The notes under the pieces are model-generated. The model saw only the letters and a list, made by a program, of their open reading frames with translations. It was not told where the DNA came from and ran no database searches. The translations under genes were made by a program, and so were the position numbers. This document shows positions 32,701 to 45,888 of a stretch of 64,000 bases of DNA, piece after piece. The stretch is from the human T2T-CHM13v2.0 reference genome, Homo sapiens. Positions within the stretch are counted from its first letter, which is position 1; each line of letters starts with the position of its first letter. Location: assembly GCF_009914755.1 (NCBI RefSeq), contig NC_060933.1. One strand, 5' to 3'.

Positions 32701-33345
32701 GTCCATAGGGGTATGATTACTGGAGAGATCGACTCCACTACCTTGCTCTGCCCAAATCCTTCCCCTTTCCAACAAGAGTTTGCCACCTCCTAGTTTTCTT
32801 TTTTCTTAACCAAACTAAGTTTAGCCTTTTAATCCTTCACCCTCCTCCACTTCTAATGCCATTGCTTCTCTGTATGCTTATTGTATTTTCCATGCTATAT
32901 GACTTTCAGCTGGTTATTTACAGTATGTAAGTTTTAATATCCTGTAAAAGGGGGATAATAATAGCATCCGTTTGATAAAGATGTTAAAGATACTAAATGA
33001 CACTGTCCATGTTAAATAACTTTTTGAGATATATTGAGATGTTTCTGCACTTCCTTGTTCTGGCCTTCCTGTAGAACCAGAGGAATCTATTGCCATGAAA
33101 AGCAATAAAACTGTGATAGTAGAAATTAAAAGTGAGTAGGAACTTATTTAAAAATCATCATTCTCCTTTTCAACGCAAAAATAAGAACTAGAAACTTTTA
33201 ATAAGCCAATAGTCTGGAGAAATAATTTATGGAAGATAACATGGGTTTTTTAATCTTAAAGGGTTCTTTTACATATTCAAGGGTCGAGATTGGCTGCCTT
33301 GAATCCTACTAAAATTTCAATGTAAGTTTTAGAGAGGGAGGAAAG

Positions 33346-33711
33346 AGTCAAAGAAAAAATTGCACTGGAAAAAGTTAAATAAGTAAGGAAGATATTATTC
33401 AGGCTATTGCAATACAGGAGAGAGGCCAGACCTAGTCTGAACTCAGCTCCCCTGATACAAAGGGCCGTGGAGTTTTTGAAAGTGAGGGTAAGGGGGCGAT
33501 CATAGGCCACCTGTCTTTGCTAACTGTCTTTTCTCAAAGGAAAAATAAACTTTCTTTTATCTTTATGATATAAGGTAATTTTTACAACTTGGAGCAAGAT
33601 TAGGCTCTTACTCTCTCATGGAGACTGGGAAATAAGGTATTATCTTTCTGGAGGATTACATTTGAAAGGGATGGCTCCCAGATCCTTGAAAAAGGAAATT
33701 TTCTGCTTACA
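33346..33711 (-). mobile_element. ERV1-class solo LTR (subfamily uncertain)
   Basis: (t)gtcaaagaaaaaattgcact...ttattcaggctattgcaat...gcttaca, LTR-like termini. Confidence 0.6.
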
Positions 33712-35149
33712 AGTTACACATGCCACTTCTACCTGCATTTCAGTGGCCAAACAGGTCACATATCTAAATCTGACCCTTCCTTCAATAGGACAGAAATGTA
33801 TAATCTTCTAGGAGATAGGGTTACTGCAGTAGGAAGACCAGATAATGGGAGAATGATAATATAATCTACCACAATGACCACAGTGAAAACACTAGTAATC
33901 CTCAGGGTTAAACCAAGACTTCTTGGACACTTAGGTTGATTCTAGGCTATTGTCAATAGTGGAATAGTAAAAAATAAAGAGAATAGCCCATTTATTTTTT
34001 GCAGAGAAGCTAGACAATTCACAGTAACTTATGGCCTAGACAATTTTGTTTCTTGATCAACACAACTCTTTATAGATGCCTGTGGTCCAAAAATGCGGAT
34101 TCCTAATCGTCGCCAAAATGAAGGGATCCTCTGCAAGGCAACCTGGGAGGGAGTTTAGGATTGTTCTGAAGCAGTGAAAGTCATTGAGATTCACATGTAA
34201 GAGGGTAGAGAAAGGGAATCCACATGTTTTGATCCCTCCATGTGCTGGATATAACTTGGTCTTCATTATATTGCACCACCTTTGGTGTCAGAGAGAACTG
34301 GATTTGAATCCCAGTTCCATCACTCATTATGATTTGATGGTGAATGTGTTTTTAACTCATCTGAGCCTCAGTTTGCTCATCTATAAAAGATGGGATTGTT
34401 ATGAGACTTGCATAAGGTAAGTGTTTAAAAATCTGGGAATAACCCCTGTAATTTAAAAGACGGGGTTGTGATGAGGCTTCAGTAAGGTAAGTGTGTAATA
34501 TCTGGACACAATGTTACTAATTTTGTAGGTTTTCAATATATAGAGAAGGAGGATTATTTTTCTCTCATTTAATTTTTAGAACAAGTTTATAAAATTGGTA
34601 TTATTCATATTTTTGAGATAATCAAAGGATCACTAAGTTTAAATAAATCACCATAGTAACAAAGCAGTTCACAATATATTGACTGGATAATTGCTAGTGA
34701 AAAGTAGCAATGATGATCACATTGAAAATCTTGTGTTAGGTGGTGGTTTTCTCTTGCATAAGCCTCTTCATTTGTTGAAACCATAGATTCTAAGTTTGCT
34801 CTATCAAAGTGATCATTAGAAAAATATAATGTACTTAGTGTATAAATTTTAGAAAATTTCCTTTTTAGTCCTGTTATTTTGATTGAATATGTGCATTTTG
34901 AATTATGAATATAAATATGAATATGTATGGCATAAGAAATATGACTTGACATCACAGAGTAACCTTAGATCGTGGCAATGTTTTTTTCTGAAAGCACCTG
35001 CAGAAATGTATCTTCTTTCTAGTTTCCAAAAAACTCAGAGGCCATGGGGGAAGAGGGGACTTTGGTGGTCAGATAGTGCATGAGGTACATTAGGATATAG
35101 TAATTGCATCATAATTCATATCCATAATTCACAGTGAGGAAACCTGAAA

Positions 35150-35400
35150 TTTGCTACCAGCTACCAATAAATGAAAGGTGGGGCGGGGTCGCTGGGGGGC
35201 GCGGCTTTGTGAGCCAGTGCCTGGACTCCCACGTCACAAATGGAAGGGCAGCGCGTGGAGGGAACTCAAGGCCTGATTGGTTCTTCCTAAGCAGGACACG
35301 ATCAGGTTGGCACGGCAACCGGCCTTCAGTTGGTGGCCTTCAGTGGGTGCCTTAAGTTGGTGGCATTTGGTTGCCTTTCCTGGGGAGAGGCGGCAGGTGC
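35150..35400 (+). promoter_or_regulatory. Promoter-like module (CCAAT, GC box, CRE, Y box, X box, MYB-like repeats)
   Basis: CCAAT 35164-35168, GGGGCGGGG 35180-35188, ACGTCA 35231-35236, ATTGG 35276-35280, GTTGGCACGGCAAC 35306-35319, repeated cttcagttggtgg-like units; local CpG enrichment. Confidence 0.6.
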
Positions 35401-36284
35401 TCAGCTCTGCAGACGTAGGGGCAAGCGAAGGCCCAAGCTGCCTCGAGAAGAGCAGAGATGCCCCATGGGGACCACGATGACGGGTCGCATGTGCACCAAA
35501 GCCAGCCCCCAGCAGGGCCAGCGCAGGGGTTCTGCGGGGCCGTCCTGTGGCTCTGATATCTATGAGTCGTCGGCCAGCAAAGGCACAGGCACCAGCAGAA
35601 AGGAGCAGAGATGCCCAGAACATGCTGTCCCCCAATGCCAGCCCCAAGCGGGGCCAGCTTAGGGTGCGGTGGGCAGAGCCATCCTGCAGCTCTGAGATCC
35701 ACGAGGAGGAGGTGGGAGTAGCGCCAGGCTCCACTGCGTTGGAGCTCGCACAATTTGAGCCCAATTTGATTCCGGAGCCATGACTTGCAGCACATTGAAG
35801 ACCAGAAGACGCCCAAAGGTAGGGAGGCGACAGATACCGCTTGGCCTCAGGAGCTCCTCTGGCCGTTGCTGAACCAAGGTTCCCCCAGAGACATCCACAG
35901 CCTGGGGCTCCTCCCTTCTTCACCTAGTTCCTTTCCTAGGCCCAGGCCCCAAGCATGAGGACTGGCACTGCCTGGCGTCTCCATCCCTTGGTCTTTCCCT
36001 GTTGCATCCAGCTGGTTTCTTTTCTCCTCCCTACCCATATGCCCAGTTATGGGCCCTCTTCTTCTTCCTAGAGGCTGGCCAAAAACTAAGTTTTCAAAGT
36101 ACAAAATGGATGCTACAGATTTCGTTGCTTTAGAGGAAATGTCTGACGGCTCTTGTATTTAAACTTAAGTAGCTACACTGGGACTCACAGTTTCATATCT
36201 TGAGTTCTAGACCAGAGCTATCAACCCTAAAGCAACGGCAAGGGGTTAGAGGTACTCTTCTTGATTCGAATAATAAAAAATGAT

Positions 36285-36385
36285 TTTTTTTTTGTAGGGA
36301 CAAGGTCTCACTGTGTTGCCCAAGCTGGTCTCAAACCCCTGGCCACACACTGCTGGGATGACAGGCAAGAGCCACCACACCTGGT
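36285..36385 (-). mobile_element. Deleted Alu monomer (FLAM-like)
   Basis: tttttgtagggacaaggtctcactgtgttgccca..gagccaccacacctgg. Confidence 0.75.
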
Positions 36386-37984
36386 CATTGGAGGTGCTCT
36401 TGCTTTGTGTGTTTCGGCTGGTCTTCAGGTGCAGCTGTCTGTAAGATGCTTCTGCAATATAGTTCTATGTCTTTCTGCACAGATTCAGTGGATCCTGTGT
36501 TTTTTTTACATGGAATAGCCCCTTTATTTTTTGCAGAGAAGCTAGATAATTCACAGTAACCTATGGCCTAGAAAATTTTATTTCTTGATCAACACAACTC
36601 TTTATAGATGCTTGTGGTCCAAAAATGCAGATTTCTAATCATCCCCACGAATAAGGGGGCCATTGCAAGGCAACCTGGGAGGGAGTTTAGGATTTCTCTG
36701 AGGCAGTGAAAGCTATTGAAATTCCCACATGAGGGGGCAGAAAAGGGAATCCACATATTTTGATCCCTCCATGTTCTGGCTGTAACTTGGTGCTCGTTAA
36801 ATTGCACCATTTTTGGCATCAGAGAGAACCGGATTTGAATCCCAGTTCCATCCCTCATTATGATTTGATGGTGAATGTGTTTTTAACTCATCTGAGCCTC
36901 AGTTTGCCGATCTATAAAAGATGTGATTGTTACGAGGCTTCCATAACGTACATGGGTAAATACCATGGCAAAATGCTTGTAATTTAAAAGAGAGCATTGT
37001 TAGGAGACTTGTATCCGGTAAGTATATAAAAACCTGGACACAATGCCTATAATTTTGTAAGTGTTCAATATATGGAGAAGGAGGATTATTTTTCTTTCAT
37101 TTAATTTTTAGAGCAACTTTATAAAATTTGTGATACTCATATATTTGAGATAATCAAACCAAGGATCAGAAAGACTAAACAAATCACCATAGTCACAAAG
37201 CAGTTCACAATACATTTACTGGATAATTTCTAGTTAAAAGTAGCAATGATGATCACATTGAAAATCTTGTATTATCTGGTGGTTTTCTCTTACATAAGCT
37301 TCTTGGAATTTAGTAAGATAAGTTGCAGCTCAAAAAGCAGATCTGTAGAATATTTTATTCCAGAGATTGTAGTGGGGGCCAAAGTATTGCATGAGTTTTG
37401 TTGGGAACAAGGTATAGGCTGAGAATCTAAGCATACTTCAGTTGGTGGTTTTCAGTTGGTGGGCAGTGGAAGAAGGAGGAGGAGCTCCGTCTGTGCTCTC
37501 TCTTCCCCCAGTCACAGCCCTCAGGCTTGTTGCATCCAGGCCCTTCTAAGTTAAAACAGACAGGTTGACAGGTTTATTTATAATTTAGCAGACAAGTCAG
37601 CTCAGGGTAGGCAGGTGAGGTGGGGTGTGGGCTGCTAGTACAGTGCCGCCCTTTCACCCAGGGCTACCCATGCCCATGGGGCTATGCCATATATTATATA
37701 TATAGTATTTTATATATATGTATATAAGCCTGTTGGTTTGTTAAAACCATGGATTGCTCTATCAACGTGATCTATCAACATGATCAACGTTGCTCTGTCA
37801 AAGTGATCATTAGAAAAATGTGATGTACTTAGTGTGTAAATTTTAGAACATTTCTTCTGTTAGTCTGTTAATACTCAATTCTTTTCTAAAACACCTAGCC
37901 CAAATCTCCACAGGTTTTAATCGAATTATATTATAATTTGGATTTTCTGGTCTGCCTATCTTCCAAATAATAAAGTTCTTAAAA

Positions 37985-38465
37985 TTAATTTTCTATTGCT
38001 GCCATAACAAATTTCCACAACTTTGTGGCTTAAATCAAAGACTTACGACCCTATAGTTCTGTAGGGCAAACCTCTGACTGTGGTCTTACTGGGCTTAAGT
38101 CAAGGTGTTGTCAGGGCTGTATTGCTTTCTGGAGGCTCTAGAGAGAATCCATTTCCTTTTCCAACTTTTAGATGCTGTCCCTATTCCTTGGATCATGGGA
38201 CCATCCCTCCATCTTCAAAGCTAGTAATGTGGGATGTCTGTGGCCATTGTTCTGTAGCCATATCACCTTCTGACTGTAGCTAGGAAAGATTATCTGATTT
38301 TATAGACACATGCAATTAGATTGGCTCCCAAGATAATCAAGGATAATCCCCCTAACTCAAGGGTTAATCACATCTCCAAAGTCCCTTTTGCCCCATGTAA
38401 AGTAATATGGTCACAGATTCCAGTGACTAGAACATCTTTATGGGGTCATTATTTTGACTGTCACA
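37985..38465 (-). mobile_element. MLT1-type MaLR LTR
   Basis: attgctgccataacaaatt..tctggaggctctagagagaatcc..cattattttgactgtcaca. Confidence 0.8.
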
Positions 38466-38786
38466 AAGGCAAAGTCTTGGACTTATGCATATCTAGATTT
38501 TCTTTGCTTAATTTCAGAGCCTAGAACACATTAGACTCTAAATAAATGTGAGTGAGTGATAAATATTATATTTACAGATTGCTGCCACATTGCAATTCTG
38601 TCCTCCCACTGGTGGTGGAATCCTATGTACTTTTTACCATCTCCGTTTTGCATTCAGACTGAACATGGCTGTGTTACTCCTTTCACCTGGGTGATTTCAA
38701 ACCATCTCTCTATTTCTATTTGTAGAGATCTTATCTATCAAGCCCTTCTCAAATGCCACTTCAAAAAACTTTTTCTAATCCCCAAT

Positions 38787-39177
38787 TGTCTTAGTCAATT
38801 TATGCTCTTACAACAAAATAACACAGACTAGGCAATTTATGAAAACCAGACATTTATCTGTCATAGTTCTGGAGACTAGGAAGTCCAAGATCAAGGCATT
38901 GGCAGGTCTGATGTCTGGTAAGGGCTGTTCTCTCCGTTCAAGATGGTGTTTTGATGCTGCATCTTCCAGAGACAGGGAACACTGTGTCCTCACATGGTGG
39001 AAGGCGGGAGGGCAAGAGGGATGAACTCCCTCCATGGAGCCCTTTCATGAGGGCTCCTAAACCCATTCCTGAGGTAGGAGTCCTGATGGCCTAATCACTT
39101 CCTGTAGGCTCCACCTCTATCAACACTATCACATTGTCAACGCTGAATCTTGGAGGAGGCAGAGTGAAACCACAGCA
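38787..39177 (-). mobile_element. MSTC/D-type MaLR LTR
   Basis: tgtcttagtc...aaaccacagca; TSD ccaat. Confidence 0.85.
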
Positions 39178-42100
39178 CCAATCAAGTATGATCTTTCTCT
39201 CCTCAGAAACCCCCTCATATGTTTATACCTCCCATGCACTTTTATACATTTTGTCTCATGGTTTCTTCCTGTACAAATAAGGTGCTATAAATGGATAGCT
39301 ATAGTTTCGGGTTTCATTTCAACAAAACACCCTTCCTAGTTTTTTGAACCCCAAGCGAAATATGAGGACAGGCCCCACCTTCCATTACAAAAGCTGAAAG
39401 GAGTGCATGATCCTTTTTCCAGTTTCTTGGCCACTCATGTGTGGGCACATATCTAGGCCCAGCCAACTGATGTCTCTTTATTAGAACTTGGAACCCGATG
39501 AAATGATGCAAAAGACCTGAAAGAATCAGAGATGATTCTGAGACATTGAGCAGAGATGCAGGTCCAGGAATGTGGCAGCAAGGGCCTAGGTTCAGCAGAG
39601 CCCAGCTACATGGTGACAAGTGTCAAATGGCAACATCCTAGTGGTGGCATCCCAAGATCTGCTTCCATCGAATGAACTTGGCTGTGCTGAGTTTCCCTCA
39701 GTTCTTACCTTGCTTCTCCAGCATCTTCAGTGATTTTGTGAACTATTCAATATCCTTTCATCGAATTCCTATTTTGCTTAAGTTGTCTAGAATTTGTTAT
39801 TTTCAGTGAAAAATATAAACCAGTTATCCCCTCACATTAAAACACACTCCACTTAGGCATCTCCTGTGATCTCACTGGAGAAAAGTGTGGACGTTATTTG
39901 TAATTTGACTCAGAATGATAGGATTAGTTTGGTACTAGTAACAATGGAGATAAGTAACTAACTTTTTGTGAAACTTCTTCCTGGGGTGAAACAAAATCTA
40001 TTGTGGAAACTCTTTCCAATCATCTCTGGAAATTTATTAAGTGACCTAGTATATAATGATAATTTACCATGATACTTGATAAAATAGTTTTGTGTGTTCA
40101 GAATAATTTCTTTTTTCTTTACCTTTGAAAACAATGCATCGATAGTTAATTTTCTCCTAAATTGTCTGTTTTTATTTCCATAAAAGGTATTTATTGAATA
40201 TCTCCTTTTAATATAACTAGGCATTGTGTGATCAAAGTAAAATAAATATGTTCTTGTTTCTGGAATTACTAAAGCTTTGAAAATGGACTTATCGACCTCA
40301 AACCAATGGGACATATTCCCATGTGGCCTGCTCCCCTGTTAGGGTTCCCAGGGTAAGTGGCGATTCCTTTTCTGTCTTTTTAAAGATTTTAGAAATGCAG
40401 CTTCTGCTGTGGGCCACTAGGCGGAGTACTTCAGAGCAGGGTTTGTGGGAGTACAAAGCTAACTTCTGCTGCTTTTGCTTGATGCTTCTGAAGCTTCCTT
40501 GACTACTGTGGATGATAAGTAACTATTTTCTTCCACTTCTTTCTTTTTTCCCCTCACTCTTTGAAGTGAACTTGAAACATTTAGGAAGTTTGTTGATCAA
40601 CATATACCGTGTTTATGAAAATCCGGCTAAGATAATATGGCAGGACTCCTTTGGTTATAAATAATAGAATTCAAACTCAAACTGGTCTAAGCCAAAAAAA
40701 AAATATTAATTTGTGGACTCGTATAATGGAAAAATCCAGGGTGTAGCTTCAGAATGGCTGAATGTAGGGACTCAGGACTTGGCTCCTCTCAGCTTCCTTG
40801 CTTTTTTCTTCCCCATTGATTTTATTCTCAGACAAGTTTTCCCTTTGTGCTGCAATGTGGCCATCATCACTCCTCCAGTTTACATTTCCTTAGTTCCACA
40901 GCCCCAGAATAAAGCAAAAACAGAAACACTTCTAATAGTTTCAATAAGAGACTAGAGATTGACTTTGGGTGTGAGGCTTGGATTTCATGTCCATTTCTAG
41001 TTTCATCTGTGCCAGGATTAGAATTATATTCATTGGCCAGGCCTGTGTCACGAGGTCATACAGGGTTTCCACTGTCCACACAGTGCCTTTGCAAGTATTA
41101 GAAAATGGCTCCCCTTTCTCCAGTTAGATGCAGCCCTGTATCAGGGCATGTGGCTTGGAGAAGAGCATGCAGGCTGGATTTCAACCCCCCTTTCTCCCTT
41201 AGCTGGGTTTCTTCCTTGAGTGAACAACATACTTGTTAGTAGCTGTCCTGTGCTTATTCCTGAAACTGGGGGTGAAATCAGCCACCACGCCAAAACTGAA
41301 GGATAGAAGATGGCTTCATCTAGGGTATCAGATAATGGCTAATAACAAAGGGAGGGGACAGTGGGTGCTGTGTGGGCAAAAGGAGCAAAAAATAATCCTA
41401 ATCTGTCTAGACTTCATCTCAGAAGCCATATACAACCTTCTTCAATGGAAATATTTAACACTTCAGGAGTGCCAAGAAGGCTATGAGGAGCATATCTCTT
41501 AAGGACTTAAGTTAGGGCATTCTAGAATGTATGCTTTATGGATTTACCTTATAAATATATAACTGACTAATACACACAGAAAATATATTGCAGAGTAACA
41601 TAGATGACAGAACTTGAAATACATGACATTCTACCGCAGTCTATCATTATTTTCTAACTTATCAAAAGACTCAGAGGATCTTTTTTTTCGTATTGATAAA
41701 TTTTTAACTAGAGCCCTATTTACTTGTGTCTTGAAAAACAGTATTTGCAAATATGTTTGAAGAGGAAACAGAAAGAAAATGATTCCAAAAAAGCTGATAA
41801 CATTAAGACATCTGTTTATAGAAGATGTAAATTTGCAACCATTAAAAGCTTATAGGAGCTACACAGAATGTGAAGAAAAATAAATGAAACCAAACCGCTA
41901 CAAGAAATAACCAAACTAAGAAGACAGCAAGAGAGGGAAAAAAAAAAGAACTGCAAAACATATGAAAAACAATTAACCAAACGCAAGTTACTCCTTACCT
42001 ATCAACAATGACTTTAAATGTGAAAGGATTAAACTATCTAATTAAAAGACATAGAGTGGCACAATGCATAAAAGATACTCATCAGTACATATTTATAAGG

Positions 42101-44085
42101 GAGTCACTTTAGATATAAAGATACATAGAGGCTCAAAGTGAAGGGATGGGAAAAGATACTGTACGCAAATGGTAAACAAAAAAGAGCAAGGGTATCTATA
42201 TTTAGATCAGAAAAAATAGACTTGAAATAAAAAACTGTCACTAGAGACTAAGAATGTCATTATATAATGATAAAAGTTCAATCCAATGGGAAGATTGAAA
42301 ATATATATCCACCCAACATTAGAACACCTAAATATATAAAGTTAATATCAACAAAGCTAAGGGGAGAAATCAGTAACACTAAAATAATAGTAGCCAACTT
42401 CAGTACCCCAAATTCAATAATGGATAGAACATCTAGGAGGGAATAAAAAAAGCGGAAACAGCTGACTTGAACAACACAGTAGATTAAACACTGACAGATA
42501 CACAACTTTCCATCCAACAGCAGCAGAATATACATTCTTCTCAAGTGCACACAGAATCTTCTCTGAGATAGATCAAATCTTAGGTCACAAGGCATACTAC
42601 AAATTTAAGAAGTTTGATATAATGCCAAGTATCTTCTCATTCCACAATGGAATAAAATTAGAAGTCAATAACAAAGAAAACAGAAACATTTACAAAAATG
42701 CAGAAACTAAATAACACATGCTTAAACAACCATTGGGTAAAAGAAGAAATCAAAAGGGAATTTTAAAAATATCTTGAGACAAACAAAAATGAACATACAA
42801 CTCAACAAAACTTACAGGATTCAATAAAAGAAGTGCTAAGAGGGAAATGTTACAGTGATAAATACCTACATTAAAAAATAAGAAAGATCTAACTCGAACA
42901 ACCTAACTTTACAAATAAACAATTAGAAAAAGAGAAACTAACTAAACCCAAAGTTAGCATAATGAAGTAAATAATAAAGATGAGAATATAAATAAAATAA
43001 CTATAAAATAGAAAACAATAGAAAAATCAACAAAGTTAGAGTTGAATTTTTGGAAATACAAACAAAAATAACAGACCCTTAGCTACACTAAGAAAAAAAG
43101 AGAAACTCAAGTAAATATAATCAGAAATGAAAATGGAGACATTATAGGAAATGTACAGGAATACAAATGATTATAAAGGACAATTAAGCGATTATATGCC
43201 AATAAATTGGATAACCTAGAATAAATGGATAAATTCTTAGAAAGATGCAATCTACCAAAATGGAACAAAAAAGAAATAGAACAGACCAAAAGCAAGCAAA
43301 GAGATTTAATCAGTAATCAATAATTTCCCAACAAAGAAAAGCCCAGGTGCAGATGCTTTCATGGGCAACTTCTACCAAACATTCAAAGAAGAACTAACAC
43401 CAAAACTTCTTAAACTCTTCAGAAAAAATAGAAGAGAGAATACTCTCAAACTCATTTCATGAGGCCGATGTTACCATGACTTAAAAGCTAGACGAAGACA
43501 ACACAAGAAAAAATAATTACAGACCAGTATCCTTAACGAATATAGATGCAAAAATTCTCAGTAAAATACTAACTAGCAAACTGAATTCAAAAGCACATTG
43601 AAAAGGTCATACACCATGACCAATTGTAACTTATCTATGTGATACAAGGATGTTTCAATGTGTAAAAATTAATAATGTGATATACCACATTAACAGAATG
43701 AAAGATAAAAATAACATTCCAATGGATGCAGAAAACACATTTGACAAAATTCAATATACTTTCATGATAAAACTCTCAACAAAATAAGTATACAAGAAAC
43801 TTACTTCAACACTGTAAAGGCTGTATATGAAAAACCTATATCTAATATTATAATCAATGGGGAAAAACTGAAAGCTTTTTCTTAATATCTGGAACAAGAC
43901 AAGGATGTCTACTCTCATCACTCCTATTCAACATAGTACTGGAAATCCTAGCCAGAGCAATCAGGCAAGAGAAATAAAAGGCATCAAAATTGAAAGGAAA
44001 GATGTAGTTACCTCTGTTAACAGAAAACATGATTATTATACATTGAAAACTGTAAAGACTCCACAGAAAATGGTTACAAATAATA

Positions 44086-44309
44086 TAGTCAGTCTTTCAT
44101 ATCTGCTGGGGATTTGTTTCAGGACCCCCTCAGATAACAAAATCTGTGATGATCAACTCCCTCACATAAAATCATGTACAGTTGGCCCTATGTATCCATG
44201 GGTACACATCTGTGGATTCAAACCACCACAGATGGAAAATGTGTACAAATTTTGTTCATAGTTGATTGAGTTCATGGTTGCAGAACACATGGATATGAAG
44301 GACTGACTA
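44086..44309. mobile_element. MER2-type Tigger MITE
   Basis: tagtcagtctttcatatc...gatatgaaggactgacta inverted termini with TA flanks. Confidence 0.82.
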
Positions 44310-45602
44310 TATAATAAATTTACTAAAGTTGTAGGATACACAATCGACATACAAAAATCATTGCTATTTCTAAACACTAACAATGAATTGTCTGAAAGGG
44401 AAATTTAAAAAACAGTATCAAATAAACTACTTTGGAACTAACTAACCAAACAAGTGAAAGACTTAAACACTACAAATTATAAAAGATTGATGACAGAAAT
44501 TTAAGCCAAAGTAAATTGAAAGACAACCCATGGATTGAAAGAGTACTGTATTATTAAAGTGTCCATATTACTCAAAGCAATCTACACATTTAATATAATC
44601 CATATCAAAATCCCAATGGTATCTCTCACAGAAATAGAAAAAAAAAATCCTAAAATTCATATAGAATCACAAAAATCCCTGAGTGGCAGAAGCAATTTTG
44701 AGCAAGAACAAAGCTACAGGTATCACACTTCCTGACTTCAAATTAAATTATAAAGCTGTAGAAAGAAAAAACACTATGGTACTAGCATAAAAACAGACAC
44801 ATAAACCAGTGAAACAAAATAGAGAACCTAGGCATAACCCACACATTTGCAGCAATTGATCACCCTGGAAGGTGACAAGGAGACACTATAGGGAGAGGAT
44901 ATGCTCTTGACCAAATGGTGTTAGGAAAGCTGGATGTCTACATGTAAAAGAATGAAATCGGATCCCTAGCTCACGCCTTATGTAAAAATTAACTCAAAAT
45001 GGATTAAACGTTTAAATGTAATCACTGAAACCATAAAACTCCTGGAAGAAGACAAGAGAAAACATTCTTGACATTGGTCTTGGCAATAATTTGTTTAGAT
45101 ATGATGCCAAAAGCACAGGCAACAAAGGCAAAATAGATAAATGAATTACATCGAACTAAAAAGCTTCTGCACAGCAAAGAAAACAACTAATGAAATGATA
45201 ACGCAACCTATGAAATGGGGAAAATGTTTTAAACCATATCTCTTATAAGGAGTTCAAAAAGTAAGAAGGACACATACACATCAATTCCAAAATTATGAAT
45301 AACCTAATTTTATTTTAAGGCAAAGAACCTAAATAAATACATCTCAAAAGAAGAAACTCAAATGGCTAACAGGTATATGAAAATGTTCGCAACATCTCTA
45401 AACTTCAGAGTAATGCAAATCAAAACCACAATGAGATATCATGTCACACCTGTTAAAATGGCTATTATCAAAAAGAGAAAAGATAAGTGTTGGTAAGAAT
45501 GTGGAGAAAAGAAAACCATTATACACTATTGACGGGAATGCAAATTAGTAAAACACAGAAAACAGTATTGAGGTTCCTCCAAAGAAAATTGAAAATAGCA
45601 CT

Positions 45603-45888
45603 GGCCTGGTGTGGTGTCTCACACCTGTATTCCCAGGATTTGGGGAAGTCAAGGCAGGAGGCCAGGAGCTCCAGACCAGCCTGGGTAACATAGCAAGACC
45701 CCATCTCTGAAAAAAAATTAAAATTAACCAGACATGGTGTTGTATACCTGTAGTCCCAGCTACTCAGGAGGCTGAGGTAGGAGGATCGCTTGAGCCCAGG
45801 AGTTCAAGGCTGCAGTGAGCTATGTTCTTGCCAATGGACTTTACCCTGGATGACAGAGTGAGACCCGGTTTCAAAAATAAAAACAAAG
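45603..45888 (+). mobile_element. AluJ
   Basis: Dimeric Alu with A tail. Confidence 0.87.

Larger units (their letters stand above)
26718..32793 (-). mobile_element. L1MA-type LINE-1 (~6 kb) with nested MST LTR and AluJ
   Basis: Antisense L1 3'UTR, ORF2 and 5' remnants; 14-bp TSD ttttcttttttctt at 26704-26717 and 32794-32807; TT/AAGA endonuclease site. Confidence 0.88.
26624..32909 (-). pseudogene. Coiled-coil exon of the relic gene split by L1M (32909-32794 joined to 26703-26624)
   Basis: After removing the L1 and one TSD: ag|..ESHIAWKIQ*AYREAMALE / RIKRLNLVWLRKKKIEE / EALEEIEE / ELAVRKSLKEQ|gt (frameshifts assumed). Confidence 0.5.
33981..37870 (+). repeat. Diverged tandem duplication, offset ~2.53 kb (33981-34875 vs 36514-37865)
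   Basis: Colinear blocks from gaatagccc..gcagagaagctaga to aagtgatcattagaaaaat..gtacttagtg, each containing a MIR. Confidence 0.92.

Noticed and set aside
35234-35923. 229-aa minus-strand ORF, and a DPPA3-like look of ELAQFEPNLIPEP on plus
   Set aside because: GC-rich with no domain; the DPPA3 resemblance is a few residues with no downstream support
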